From Candidatus Cloacimonadales bacterium (GTDB taxonomy: Bacteria > Cloacimonadota > Cloacimonadia > Cloacimonadales > JAFGVF01), in assembly GCA_963678315.1 (NCBI GenBank), contig OY782781.1, positions 1,984,001 through 2,048,000 on the forward strand: 64,000 nt of DNA, written 5' to 3'. Shown one piece after another: positions 11,647 through 22,700 of this stretch. Both the position numbers and the translations under genes were made by a program. Position 1 is the stretch's first letter. The number at the start of each line of letters is the position of its first letter. The notes under the pieces are model-generated. The model saw nothing but the letters and a program-made list of their open reading frames with translations. It was not told the origin of the DNA and ran no database searches.

Positions 11647-12662
11647 TGAAAACACTTTTACTTACTGGTGGTGCAGGTTATATTGGAAGTCATACATGTG
11701 TTGAACTTATTGAAAGTGGATTTGGTATTATTGTCGTAGATAATCTTTCAAATAGTAGTGAAGAATCATTAAAAAGAATCGAACAGATTACAGGCAAAAC
11801 TATAAACTTCATTAAAGGGGATGTTCGAGATTACAAGCTAATGACTTCAGTTTTTAAAGAAAACTCTATCTATGGAGTTATACATTTTGCAGGATTGAAA
11901 GCTGTGGGAGAATCAAATACAATTCCTTTAGAATACTATGACAATAACTTAAATAGTACCTTAAACTTGCTCAAGGTTATGAAAGAAAATAAGTGCTTTA
12001 ACTTTATATTTTCTTCTTCTGCTACTGTTTATGGAATACCAAAAAAGCTTCCTTTAGTCGAAGATATGCCTTTATCAGTAACCAACCCTTATGGACAAAC
12101 TAAACTAATGATAGAGAATATTCTAAAAGATTTATCTAAAGCTGAAGCTAACTGGAATATTGTCATTCTAAGATACTTTAATCCCGTTGGAGCACATGCT
12201 AGTGGACTGATTGGAGAAGATCCTAATGGAATGCCAAATAACCTTCTTCCATTCATTACTCAGGTTGCAGTAGGTAAACTAAAAGAACTTAGTATTTTTG
12301 GCAATGATTACGATACTCACGATGGAACTGGTGTTCGAGATTATATTCATGTGGTTGATTTAGCTAGGGGGCATGTTGCAGGAACTAGTAAATTAGTTGA
12401 AGGTTCAGGATTAAGTATTTATAACCTTGGTTCAGGTCATGGATATAGTGTTCTTGACATGTTGGAGATGTTTCGTAAAGTTTGTAATCAGGACATTCCT
12501 TATAAGATTGTTGGACGTAGGGAAGGAGATGTAGGTAAGTGTTTTGCTGATCCAACTAAAGCTAACCTTGAGTTGAATTGGCGTACAGAACATGATTTGG
12601 AAGATATTTGCCGTGATGCGTGGAAGTGGCAAAGTCTTAACCCTAACGGTTACAGAGAATAA
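11646..12662 (+). CDS. galE: UDP-glucose 4-epimerase
   Basis: TGGAGYIGSH, HFAGLKAVGES, SSSATVYG, YGQTK, LRYFNPVGAH, DGTGVRDYIHV. Confidence 0.96.
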   Translation: MKTLLLTGGAGYIGSHTCVELIESGFGIIVVDNLSNSSEESLKRIEQITGKTINFIKGDVRDYKLMTSVFKENSIYGVIHFAGLKAVGESNTIPLEYYDNNLNSTLNLLKVMKENKCFNFIFSSSATVYGIPKKLPLVEDMPLSVTNPYGQTKLMIENILKDLSKAEANWNIVILRYFNPVGAHASGLIGEDPNGMPNNLLPFITQVAVGKLKELSIFGNDYDTHDGTGVRDYIHVVDLARGHVAGTSKLVEGSGLSIYNLGSGHGYSVLDMLEMFRKVCNQDIPYKIVGRREGDVGKCFADPTKANLELNWRTEHDLEDICRDAWKWQSLNPNGYRE

Positions 12663-12679
12663 AATAAAAGAGGTCAATT

Positions 12680-13999
12680 ATGAAGCTTGCAGTTGTCGGA
12701 ACTGGCTATGTCGGATTAGTAACAGGAACTTGTTTTGCAGAAATGGGTAACCAAGTAATTTGTGTTGATAATGATAAAAGTAAGATTGATTTGTTAAATA
12801 ATGGTGGTATTCCTATCTGGGAACCAGGTCTAGAAGAAATGGTTGTAAGCAATCATAAAGAAGGTAGATTAACTTTTACTACTGATATCGCTAGTGCAGT
12901 TAAAGCTTCTGATATCTGCTTCATTGCTGTTGGAACTCCTCCTGATGAAGATGGCTCAGCTGACTTACAGTATGTACTTGCAGTAGCAACTGATATTGCT
13001 ACTCACATGAATGGTCATAAGATTATCATTGATAAATCTACTGTTCCAATTGGCACTGCAGATAAAGTAAGAGCAAGAGTGCAAAAGGTTCTTGATGAAA
13101 GAGGAGTTGATTATACTTTCGATGTTGTATCTAATCCTGAATTCTTAAAAGAAGGTGACGCTATTTCTGATAGTATGAAGCCTGATAGAGTAGTTGTTGG
13201 AACTGATAATCCTAAGTGTGCTGAAATTATGCATGAACTATATAAGCCATTTGCTCGCTCTAGAGAAAAGGTGATTATTATGTCAATTAGATCAGCTGAA
13301 ATGACTAAATACGCTGCGAATTCAATGCTTGCTACTAAGATTTCATTTATGAATGATATTGCAAGACTTTGTGAATTAGTTGGTGCAGATGTAAGTGATG
13401 TACGTCATGGCATTGGTTCTGATTCTCGTATTGGCTACCAATTTATATATCCCGGTGCTGGTTATGGTGGATCATGCTTCCCTAAAGATGTAAAAGCTTT
13501 AATTAAAATAGCAGAAAAAGAAGGCATGGATGCTAGAGTTCTAAGAGCTGTTGAAGATGTTAATGATGATCAAAAACGTCTTATGGCTGAAAAGGTAATT
13601 AAGAGATTTGGTAATGACTTATCCGGAAAGACTATTGCTATCTGGGGACTGTCATTCAAACCTAAAACTGATGATATGAGAGAAGCGCCATCTAGAGTAA
13701 TTATCGGAATGCTTAAAGAAGCAGGTGCTAAGATTGTCGCTTATGACCCAGTTGCTATGGAAGAAGCACAAAGAATATTTGGTGATGATCCTCAAATTAG
13801 CTATGCAGAAGGTAATTATGAAGCTCTTAAAGATGCTGATGCTCTAGTGTTGGTTACAGAATGGAACCAATTCAGAAACCCTGATTTTAATGCAATCAAA
13901 GATAGATTGAAAAACCCAATAATATTCGATGGAAGAAATCAATATAATCCAAGAGAATTGAAAGAGCTTGGCTTTGAGTATTTCTCTATCGGTAGATAG
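12680..13999 (+). CDS. ugd: UDP-glucose 6-dehydrogenase
   Basis: [15 protein letters not shown], catalytic [24 protein letters not shown]. Confidence 0.95.
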   Translation: MKLAVVGTGYVGLVTGTCFAEMGNQVICVDNDKSKIDLLNNGGIPIWEPGLEEMVVSNHKEGRLTFTTDIASAVKASDICFIAVGTPPDEDGSADLQYVLAVATDIATHMNGHKIIIDKSTVPIGTADKVRARVQKVLDERGVDYTFDVVSNPEFLKEGDAISDSMKPDRVVVGTDNPKCAEIMHELYKPFARSREKVIIMSIRSAEMTKYAANSMLATKISFMNDIARLCELVGADVSDVRHGIGSDSRIGYQFIYPGAGYGGSCFPKDVKALIKIAEKEGMDARVLRAVEDVNDDQKRLMAEKVIKRFGNDLSGKTIAIWGLSFKPKTDDMREAPSRVIIGMLKEAGAKIVAYDPVAMEEAQRIFGDDPQISYAEGNYEALKDADALVLVTEWNQFRNPDFNAIKDRLKNPIIFDGRNQYNPRELKELGFEYFSIGR

Positions 14000-14004
14000 A
14001 TTAT

Positions 14005-14027
14005 AAGCGAGGTTAATCCTCGCTTTT
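14005..14027 (+). terminator. Intrinsic terminator after ugd
   Basis: aaGCGAGG-ttaat-CCTCGCtttt. Confidence 0.85.
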
Positions 14028-14037
14028 ATTTTTACTT

Positions 14038-14481
14038 ATGAATGATGAATTTTATATAAGAAAAGCTATTGAACAAGCTATTAAAGCTCAGGAAGAGGGT
14101 GAAATCCCTGTAGGAGCACTATTAGTAAAAGATAATGAGATAGTTGCTAGCAATCACAACAGAACAATTCAATTAAACAATCCTCTTGCTCACGCTGAGA
14201 AGCTAATACTTGATTCAGTAGAAGAGAAGTTCTTATATGATTATACCCTATACATCACTTTGGAACCATGTATAATGTGTTCAGGAATGATAATTTTACG
14301 TCGAGTTGGTAGGGTTGTTTTTGGGGCTTTTGATTTAAAAGGTGGAGCTTGTGGTTCTGTATATAATGTACTGCTAGATAAAAGAATTAATCATACACCA
14401 AAATTAACAAGTGGTCTGTTAAAAGATGAATGTTCTCAGATATTGACAGAGTTCTTTGCTAGCAAAAGAAGAAAGAAGTAA
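14038..14481 (+). CDS. tadA: tRNA adenosine(34) deaminase
   Basis: EIPVGA, HAE and TLEPCIMC zinc motifs, GACGS. Confidence 0.9.
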   Translation: MNDEFYIRKAIEQAIKAQEEGEIPVGALLVKDNEIVASNHNRTIQLNNPLAHAEKLILDSVEEKFLYDYTLYITLEPCIMCSGMIILRRVGRVVFGAFDLKGGACGSVYNVLLDKRINHTPKLTSGLLKDECSQILTEFFASKRRKK

Positions 14482-14485
14482 TTGC

Positions 14486-15046
14486 ATGAAGATATTAAAA
14501 GAAGAAGATTATATTGTAACTGAGTGGAGTGGGGGGAAGACCAAACAGCTTTATATCTATCCTGAAGATGCAAACTTGCAAGAAAGAAACTTTATATTTA
14601 GGATTAGTTCTGCTACGGTCGAAGTTGAAGAAAGTAAATTTTCAAAGTTTGAAGGTTATGACAGAGAGTTAATGGTCATTGATGGAAAGCTAGAAATCAA
14701 ACATGATGAACATCATTCGGCAGTATTAAATCAATTTGATGTTGATTCTTTTAGTGGAGAATGGAATACTATTTCTCATGGTAAGGTAACAGATTTTAAT
14801 TTAATCTATAAGAAGGGTAATGTTGGTAAGTTGATTTATCTACCAATGGTAAAAGAACAAGTACTTGAATTTCCGCATGCTAGCACTAGCTTATTTGCTA
14901 TATATGTCTATGAAGGTGGAGTTTTGATTAATAATAGTAAGTTGATAAAAGAAGGTAACTTATTGGTCTCACGTTTAGATCAAGTAATAAGAATAAGATC
15001 TTTAGAAGACTCAGCATTGATTATTTCTAGGATTTCTATTCGTTAA
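14486..15046 (+). CDS. HutD/Ves family cupin protein
   Basis: WSGGKT..L, FRISSATV, FSKFEGYDR, DFNL motifs. Start placed at ATG 14486. Confidence 0.8.
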   Translation: MKILKEEDYIVTEWSGGKTKQLYIYPEDANLQERNFIFRISSATVEVEESKFSKFEGYDRELMVIDGKLEIKHDEHHSAVLNQFDVDSFSGEWNTISHGKVTDFNLIYKKGNVGKLIYLPMVKEQVLEFPHASTSLFAIYVYEGGVLINNSKLIKEGNLLVSRLDQVIRIRSLEDSALIISRISIR

Positions 15047-15060
15047 TCTTTGTAAATTTA

Positions 15061-15089
15061 AAAAGCCCAAGTTTAAACACTTGGGCTTT
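15061..15089. terminator. Bidirectional intrinsic terminator
   Basis: aaaaGCCCAAGT-ttaaac-ACTTGGGCttt between convergent genes. Confidence 0.85.
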
Positions 15090-15105
15090 GTTATATGTTT
15101 AAATC

Positions 15106-18100
15106 TTATTTCATAAGAATCATTTTTCTTGTTAATGTTTTGTCAGCAGTTTTAAGTTTATAGTAGTAAACACCGCTAGCAACATTACTATCATTATTAT
15201 TTGTTCCATTCCAAACAATGTTATGTGCACCTTTCATCATTTCACCAGCAACTAGAGTTTTAACTAATTGACCTTTCACATTATATACTGATAAGTTAAC
15301 ATCATCATAGTTTTCTTTTAAAGAAAATGAAATGTTAGTTTCAGGGTTAAATGGGTTAGGGTAGTTTTGACTTAATGAATTGCTTAATAAAGCTTGTTCA
15401 GGATCATTGCTTACATATTCATCTGGAGCGTTCTTAGTGAATTTTATTGCCATTCCATTTTGAAGTTCGTTACCTGATTCAGGGTAGATATCAGCATAAG
15501 TGTACAATACACCATCTTCTTGGATTCCATTCTCAATACCTACTGTTGAGTAGTTAGAAGTAATCGCAGGGTTAGTTATTGTATGATATTGATAAGTGAT
15601 ATCTCCATCTTCATTATTCATTGGTTCTAAAATTACTTGGAACTTTTCTAATTCAGCATTTTCGAACTGGTTGATTGTATATTGACTGTAGCAGTCATTC
15701 CATTCGATAATATATCTGTTGTTAGCTTGATCATGATATGTTATAATTCTCATATCATCAAATACATTTTCTTCAGACTGGAGACCTTTTAAATCATCCC
15801 AATAAGGACATAATTGATATTTAGGACCTAATAAAGAAGGAATGTTTAAGTTTCTAAAGTTGATATACCAGGTTGAACCGAAACTTGCCCATCCATTTGA
15901 ACAGATGGTTATTTGGTCAAAATCTTCACCATAGTATTTGAAACTAAATGGTAAGCTTGTAACAAATGACTCATCATCTCCTACTAAAGTAACTTGGCCA
16001 TTACCGCCATCACGAGGATCGATTTCCATCCAGTCGTAGCTAGGAGCTTGTGAGTAGTCAGTATCGAAGCTGTCATAAGCCCAGTATCCATAAGTGTCTG
16101 GTCCAGTTGGGTCTGTAGATTCAACACCGCCAACATTTGCTACTGCAAATTGAGTTACTGTGTAACCTGAAGCATTTTCGATAAAGTCAAATCTGAATGG
16201 TACATGTGCACCTGGAGTAGCATCAGCAGCAACTTCTGGTGAGAATGTAATTGTCAAATCTTCATTTTCTTCTGTTGCACCATAGTTAACTTCTAAGTCA
16301 GAATTAAGAATTGCTGTGTGTAATGCTCTGATTCTAACTGTACCAGAAGCTAATGCTTCATTACCAATGTTTTCAAAAGTGAATGAAAGTTCACTACTGT
16401 TACCAACTAGCATCTCTCCTGATTTGTCTTCTAATTGAAGGAATCCACCACCTAACGGTAAGCTAAATTTTTCAGTATTTCCTGATTGGCTAAATTCTAA
16501 ATCAAACTGAGCCATTTCTCCAAACTCTGCTACATCAGATACTGATACTTCAAAAGATATATTAGAAGTTCCATTATTACTGATTGAACTAATGTTTGCT
16601 GTGTTATTTGTTACAGTAACATTAGGATTGTTAGAAACTAAAGTAGCTGTTACATTGTTATATTCTGACCCATGATTAAGTACTTGGATATCCAAGGTAG
16701 AGTTGTATCCAGGTTGGAATTGTCCATCAACATCAATATCAGATACAGCTATATTGCTATTTGCATTGATAGGTATAGTAACTCGTAATGGTTCATAATT
16801 TGATTTTGTGATTTGTAATTTAACTTCATCACCTTCAATAGATGTGTCTATTGGAACGATTGCATGCCCATTATCTACTCTTACATATTCAAAACTTAAG
16901 TCATCTTTTGTAGTAGTTACAAAAGCATTGTGAAGACCTGCTAAATCTAATTCTATATATGAAGTACCTGAGTCTAAACTTTGTGGTAAGTCCGCAAAAA
17001 GTGTATTTGGTTCAAGAACCCACATCTTTAATGAAGGATCACAAAGCATATTATATACGTGGAAATAGAAAGCAACAAGACCACCATCTTCAATATCTAA
17101 TGGATAGTTTTTGTATAATTCAACTTTACCATCTAAAACAGTAGTACCAAAGATTCTATTACCATCTTGTAAGAAACTTGAGAACATACCAGCTGAGATT
17201 GCATTATTAAGTTTTGTTTTAGTGTGTAAATCAGATGGACCTACGAATGCTACACAACCACTAGGGTTTGCTGGAGTACCCATTCGCATCCATTTTTCAC
17301 CAAAGTTAGGATTAACAGAGTTAGCAAAGTCACCAGTATTACATACAATTGAATAAACAATAGGTAATTGGTTTAGATTTGATGTTTGATCTAAATCTTC
17401 TTTATGGAATAGAGGATAGTGCCATCCATTAGCATCACCCCAACCACGATAAGAAATATATTGTGCACCATTATTAATACCAGAAATGATAGAAGAAGTT
17501 CCTGGGAATGTAGGTGGGTAGAATACTGTATCTACTTGAGCATAACCAGCTTCAAACATTCTTTCACGTATCCATTTAGACATTCTTACAGGAGTTGAAG
17601 GTTGGAGTTGCCCTTCAGCAAAGTTTCCTGCAACAACTAGAGATTTATGCATCCATTCATTGTTGTCAGACAATTGATTTCTTTCATAATTTCTAGTTTT
17701 AATAATCATTGTTAGGAGCTGAGAAGTGTCATTTGCAGAGAATCTACCAATCATTGCTTCAGGGAAATAGTCATCGCCTTCTAGCATAGTATAGAAGTTA
17801 TCATCTGCGTCATTTTCTGTTCCGTCAGGAGAAATGTACATATTTGTTGGAATGGATAATTCACCAATTGTATCACCTAATAGAAGTATGTAATCTGGGT
17901 GATGTTCTTCGTAGTAGCTATAAATATGTTGCTTAACATGAGCAGCTGTGTCCCAAGTGTTATCTTTCATAATTATATCAACTACAAAACCTGATGCTCT
18001 CTTCCATCTAGCAAATTCGTTTACATAAACATTGGCAGAACTTGAAGAATTAATGATTAACATTTTTGGTCTTGCCAAAGGTAAAGTTTGTAAATAAGAA

Positions 18101-18567
18101 TCTTCGAAATTGTCAGCTAATTTGCTATATGTAGCTCTGAAAGCTTCAGAAACACTTTCAGGGATTTCAACACTATTTATACCTGTTAGAGTAAAATCAA
18201 TAGCTTCTAAAACAGTAGTTCCTCTTTCTGTTTCTTGAGTCGCATTCATAACAACTGTAAAACCATACATTTCCCTCATTTGAAAATTGTGGGCAATAGT
18301 TGCTATGTTTTCATCAATATCTCTAGTAGATTCAACAATGTTGCCTAACTCATCATAAGTTGTAAGTTGTGCTGAGTTGATTGTTAAAACTGCTTCGGTA
18401 GCTGGAATAGCAAAAGTTCTAGAAAGTCTTTCAGGGATTTCTTCTCGTGTGTCCATTCTGTAAGAATAATCAACTGAGTTTCCTACAGTAGAAATTCTTT
18501 CATTGGAAATCGCATTTAAACTTGCTATTAGTAACAAAACTAACAAGAACACTATGTTCTTCTTCAT
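15106..18567 (-). CDS. Secreted C25 (gingipain-like) peptidase-family protein with Ig-like domains and C-terminal FlgD-Ig/T9SS-like sorting domain
   Basis: YILLLGD, DNFY...IGRF, VCNTGDF, YNMLCDP motifs; CTD QNYPNPFNPET..KMILMK. Start placed at ATG 18567 (GGAGG RBS, signal peptide MKKNIVFLL). Confidence 0.85.
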   Translation of the reverse strand: MKKNIVFLLVLLLIASLNAISNERISTVGNSVDYSYRMDTREEIPERLSRTFAIPATEAVLTINSAQLTTYDELGNIVESTRDIDENIATIAHNFQMREMYGFTVVMNATQETERGTTVLEAIDFTLTGINSVEIPESVSEAFRATYSKLADNFEDSYLQTLPLARPKMLIINSSSSANVYVNEFARWKRASGFVVDIIMKDNTWDTAAHVKQHIYSYYEEHHPDYILLLGDTIGELSIPTNMYISPDGTENDADDNFYTMLEGDDYFPEAMIGRFSANDTSQLLTMIIKTRNYERNQLSDNNEWMHKSLVVAGNFAEGQLQPSTPVRMSKWIRERMFEAGYAQVDTVFYPPTFPGTSSIISGINNGAQYISYRGWGDANGWHYPLFHKEDLDQTSNLNQLPIVYSIVCNTGDFANSVNPNFGEKWMRMGTPANPSGCVAFVGPSDLHTKTKLNNAISAGMFSSFLQDGNRIFGTTVLDGKVELYKNYPLDIEDGGLVAFYFHVYNMLCDPSLKMWVLEPNTLFADLPQSLDSGTSYIELDLAGLHNAFVTTTKDDLSFEYVRVDNGHAIVPIDTSIEGDEVKLQITKSNYEPLRVTIPINANSNIAVSDIDVDGQFQPGYNSTLDIQVLNHGSEYNNVTATLVSNNPNVTVTNNTANISSISNNGTSNISFEVSVSDVAEFGEMAQFDLEFSQSGNTEKFSLPLGGGFLQLEDKSGEMLVGNSSELSFTFENIGNEALASGTVRIRALHTAILNSDLEVNYGATEENEDLTITFSPEVAADATPGAHVPFRFDFIENASGYTVTQFAVANVGGVESTDPTGPDTYGYWAYDSFDTDYSQAPSYDWMEIDPRDGGNGQVTLVGDDESFVTSLPFSFKYYGEDFDQITICSNGWASFGSTWYINFRNLNIPSLLGPKYQLCPYWDDLKGLQSEENVFDDMRIITYHDQANNRYIIEWNDCYSQYTINQFENAELEKFQVILEPMNNEDGDITYQYHTITNPAITSNYSTVGIENGIQEDGVLYTYADIYPESGNELQNGMAIKFTKNAPDEYVSNDPEQALLSNSLSQNYPNPFNPETNISFSLKENYDDVNLSVYNVKGQLVKTLVAGEMMKGAHNIVWNGTNNNDSNVASGVYYYKLKTADKTLTRKMILMK

Positions 18568-18617
18568 ATCTATCCTCCAATTTATATTCATTATTATAAT
18601 ATATATATTTTACTTAT

Positions 18618-18635
18618 ATGCAATAAGTATTCCTT
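18618..18635 (-). promoter_or_regulatory. Candidate sigma54 (-24/-12) promoter of the C25 gene
   Basis: Minus strand aaGG-AATACTTATT-GCat: exact GG-N10-GC spacing with TTGCA, about 50 nt upstream of the start. Confidence 0.5.
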
Positions 18636-18733
18636 GATAATAAAAAACTACAAAATTACCTACTAATACATTATTTGATATTATTGTTACATGTTGATGC
18701 ACTATTGGTCAGATTGATTAAAATTAACTTGCA

Positions 18734-19528
18734 CCTTACTAGTCTCATTGAAAATAAAACGTTTTTTCAAAGAGGCAAGTAAGCAAGGCGTTATGAGTGA
18801 GGAGTTAGGACATTGGGCATACTGGGATCGCCAGCCTCTATGCTGGCTTCACTTAGAACGTAGTTATAAGTGAATTTGTATAGACCTACGGATGTTTGTA
18901 TAAATGAAAAAAAGATGGAAGAGAATTGAGCTCCATTTTATAACCCATGGTTAAAACCATGGGCTCTTTATTGATTTACCCTTCAGGGTATAAATATCTT
19001 TATGTCCCTTGGGGACATATCGCTTCAAAGCCCATGATTTCAATCGTGGGTGATATGAGGATGAATCGATAATTGACAAATGATAATGAATGACGATTGT
19101 ATTAGTCCCAAAGGGACGGCATGTATTAAGCCAGGGCTGTGTCAGGCTTTGACTGGGTCTTTTACCCCATGTATAATGATATAAATGGTTTGAGTCCCGA
19201 AGGGACGATATAATGATAAATGAAAAGTGAAAAATTAAAAATAGAACACAGAAAAGGCAGATTATACAGATTAAAATGAAAAGAATGTTTAATAGTTGAG
19301 GGGTTTAGTTGTTGAGAGTTGAAGGGTTTTAATTGTTTAGGACTGGACATAGTCCCAAAAGGACTGTATAATTTTAAATAGAAAGTGAATAATGAAAAAC
19401 TTTAGTTAGGTTCAGACAGATGAAAACTGAAAAAAGCTTTGCCTTCAGTCCGGTTGCTGCCGGATAGCTGGCAAAAAAGAAATAGAAGTGTAAGCATTCA
19501 CTGTTAGCTTAAACAAAGTTCATATTTA
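18734..19528 (+). repeat. Modular hairpin mosaic repeat, copy 2 (A, heptamer, B, D, C, E, tail, F)
   Basis: A 18734-18783, B 18821-18880, D 18943-18990, C 19003-19050, E 19104-19211, F 19488-19528; each matches a module in another copy. Confidence 0.85.
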
Positions 19529-19735
19529 GGGAAAGAGAATATTCAAATAACCTATTTTAGTTTTCTAGCATGAAAAGGAAATCAGCTTGATTGAAAAAGA
19601 ATTATAAAAAATAAGATATTATGAAATATTGATATAATTGGAATGAATATTGTATAAATAAAAGTAAGGATATTGTATTAGGCCAATAAGCAATATTCTC
19701 AAGTATTTCAATTATATTATTAAGGAGATCTTTTT

Positions 19736-22700
19736 ATGCTAAAGAAATTAAGTATTCTATTAGTATTTTTAGTAGCACTACTATCTCTCTATTCAGTAGA
19801 CGTAGAGATAGGAACTGGAACAGCAGAGACTTATTACATTCCGGTTAACGGATTATGGGATTATGGATGGTCAAGAACGGTCTATTATCAATCTGAGTTA
19901 GGAAACGCAGCAGACTTTACATCTATAAGTTACAATGTAAGTAATGAACCTTCAAACTACATATTCGAAAACCAACAAATTTATTATAAGCTAACCGATG
20001 CAACATCATTTTCAGAAACAGTGTGGGTAGACCCTGCGAATGATGATTCTTATACTTTAATTTATGATGCAAACATTACATATAATGGTTCTGGTTGGAA
20101 ACAAATTAATCTAGACCAGCCTATACAATATAATGGTACAGATAATATCGAAATTGTGTTTGTTAATAATGATGCAGATTATGTATCAAATTATCCAAAA
20201 TTCCTTAAAACAGATGCTGAAGAATCTCGTTCTGTTTATAAATATGCAGATAATGAATTTCCTGCTGTTGATGGTACTTTAGCTAGTTATTATCCAAATA
20301 TCAGATTTAGCTATGCAGCTGAGAATGAACCAACTGCTTCAGTACTTGTATCACCAGAAGATAATGAAATTGATATTACTATTAATACAACATTAGAGTG
20401 GGAAACAGGTGAAAATACTGATGAAGTTGATGTTTATCTATCATCTGATTTATCATTAGTAAGCTCAATGGACTCATCAGCTTTATTGGCAAGTTCAATT
20501 ACTGCAACATCTTATCAAGTAAACGATTTGGACTACAATACTAACTATTATTGGATGATAGTATCTAGAAATACAACAAATAGTTTAACTGCAATTTCAA
20601 CAATAAAATCATTTAGAACTGAAATGCCTCAAGGTTCAGTACTTATCGGTACTGGTACAGCAACTGGACAGAGTTTACCATTTGAACCTTATTATAAGTA
20701 TACAGTTTCACAAACAATATATCAACAATCTCAAATTAATGTTCAAGATAAAAGAGTTGTTTCTCTTTCATACCAATATAATGGTAACTCAGCTTGGGAA
20801 GAAGATATCGTTATTTATATGGGAACAACAGATTTAACAGCTTTTGAAACAACTTCATCATGGGTTAGTTTAGATAACTTAGAAGAAGTCTACAATGGCG
20901 TAATATCTGTCCCTGATACAGAAGGTTGGGTTAGCATCCTCTTAGATGTACCTTTTACTCTCAGTAATACTCAAAACTTAGTTATCGCAACTGAATCAAA
21001 TACTCCTGTTTATCATGCAAGTAGTGATGAATTCTTCTGTACAAGTGTTGAAGAAAATGTTTCACTTGTAAAATTCAGTGATAGTGTTGATTATGATTTT
21101 ATTACTCCTCCAGAAGGAACATTAAAGAATTCATTCGCTAACATAGTTATGGAAGTAGAAGATTTACCAACTGAACCTGTTTTAGCGGTAAATCCTACAA
21201 GTATAGATTTTGGTGAGAATTTAATCAATACTACTTCATTAAATACTAGTGTAACTGTTAGAAATAATGGTCTAGGTGTACTTAATGTTAACAGTGTTGT
21301 CCTTGATAATACAGACAACTTTATATTAACTGATACAAACACTTACCCTCTTGAATTAACTGATGGTACTATTACTTTTAACGTAAGTTTTACAGCTGAT
21401 ACTGTTGGTGATTACACTGGAAACATTACTGTAACGGATAGTGAAGCAAATGAAGTTACTGTTGCTTTAACAGCTACTGCTGTTGATGCCATGATTTATG
21501 ACTTCCCTTACAGTGAAGGTTTTGAAGATATTACTTCAGGAACATTACCAGCTTACTGGTCTTCAATTACTAACTCAACTGCTTCTTTAGCTGGTTCATC
21601 TATATCAACATATTCAGCTTATGAAGGTTCTAATTGTTTAAAGATGACCAACTCAAGTGATGCTGAAGCTGAAGTGAAAGCTATAACTAGACCTATCTCT
21701 GAAATCAATACAAAAAGAGTTAAGTTCTTTGCTAGAGTTTATGATCCAACTGTATCTCTACAAGTTGGAACAATTAGTGATGTTAACGACGCTACTACTT
21801 TCAATATGATTCAAAATGTTACATTAAGTTCTACTTATGCAGAATATATTGTTAGCTTTACTGCAGCTCAAGCAGGTGAAAATATGATTTGCTTTAACTT
21901 TGTAGGCAATGGGGATACTTATGAATCAATAATGATTGATAATGTTGTTGTTGAAAATATTCCTGCTGGTTCTCAAATCAGTGTTTTACCTGATTCACTA
22001 GACTTTGGAAACGTTTATCTAGATAGAACTGCTGAAGCAAACTTAGAAATCGGTAACTGGGGTTCTGACGACTTAGAAGTTTCTCTTAGCTCAGATAATG
22101 GAATTTTCACTTTTGTTCCAGAAACTTTGACAGTTGAACCTTCTCAAACAGCTACAGTAGTTGTAACTTTACATCCAAATGCTGAAGGTCCTTTGTCAGA
22201 ATATTTCACAATTACTTCTAATGACACTGAAAATACAGAAATGCAAGTGCTTGGCTATGCTAATATCTTAGCAGCACTTCCAGAAGGTGTTGTCGTTATT
22301 GGTGATGAAACATTAACTCAAAATCTTCCTATTGAACCATTCTATGGATATTCATATTCACAAATGATTTATACTCCAAATGAAGTTGCAATTGAAGGTC
22401 AGCAAATAGAAAAAATATCTTTCTATTATAATGGTCACTCAGCTTTTGAAGGCGATGAATTTAAAATCTACATGGCTCATACTGACTTAACAGAATTTGC
22501 TGATACAGATAGCTGGATAGATATCAATGATTTCATGAATGTTTATACTGGTACTTTAACAGTATTTGAGCTTGAAGGTTGGGTTGAATTTGAACTTGAT
22601 ATCCCATTTGTTTATGATAATACACATAATTTAGTTATAGCTTGTGAAGAAAATACAACAGGTTATCATGGTTCAAGTGATGATTTCTATAGTTCTGCTC

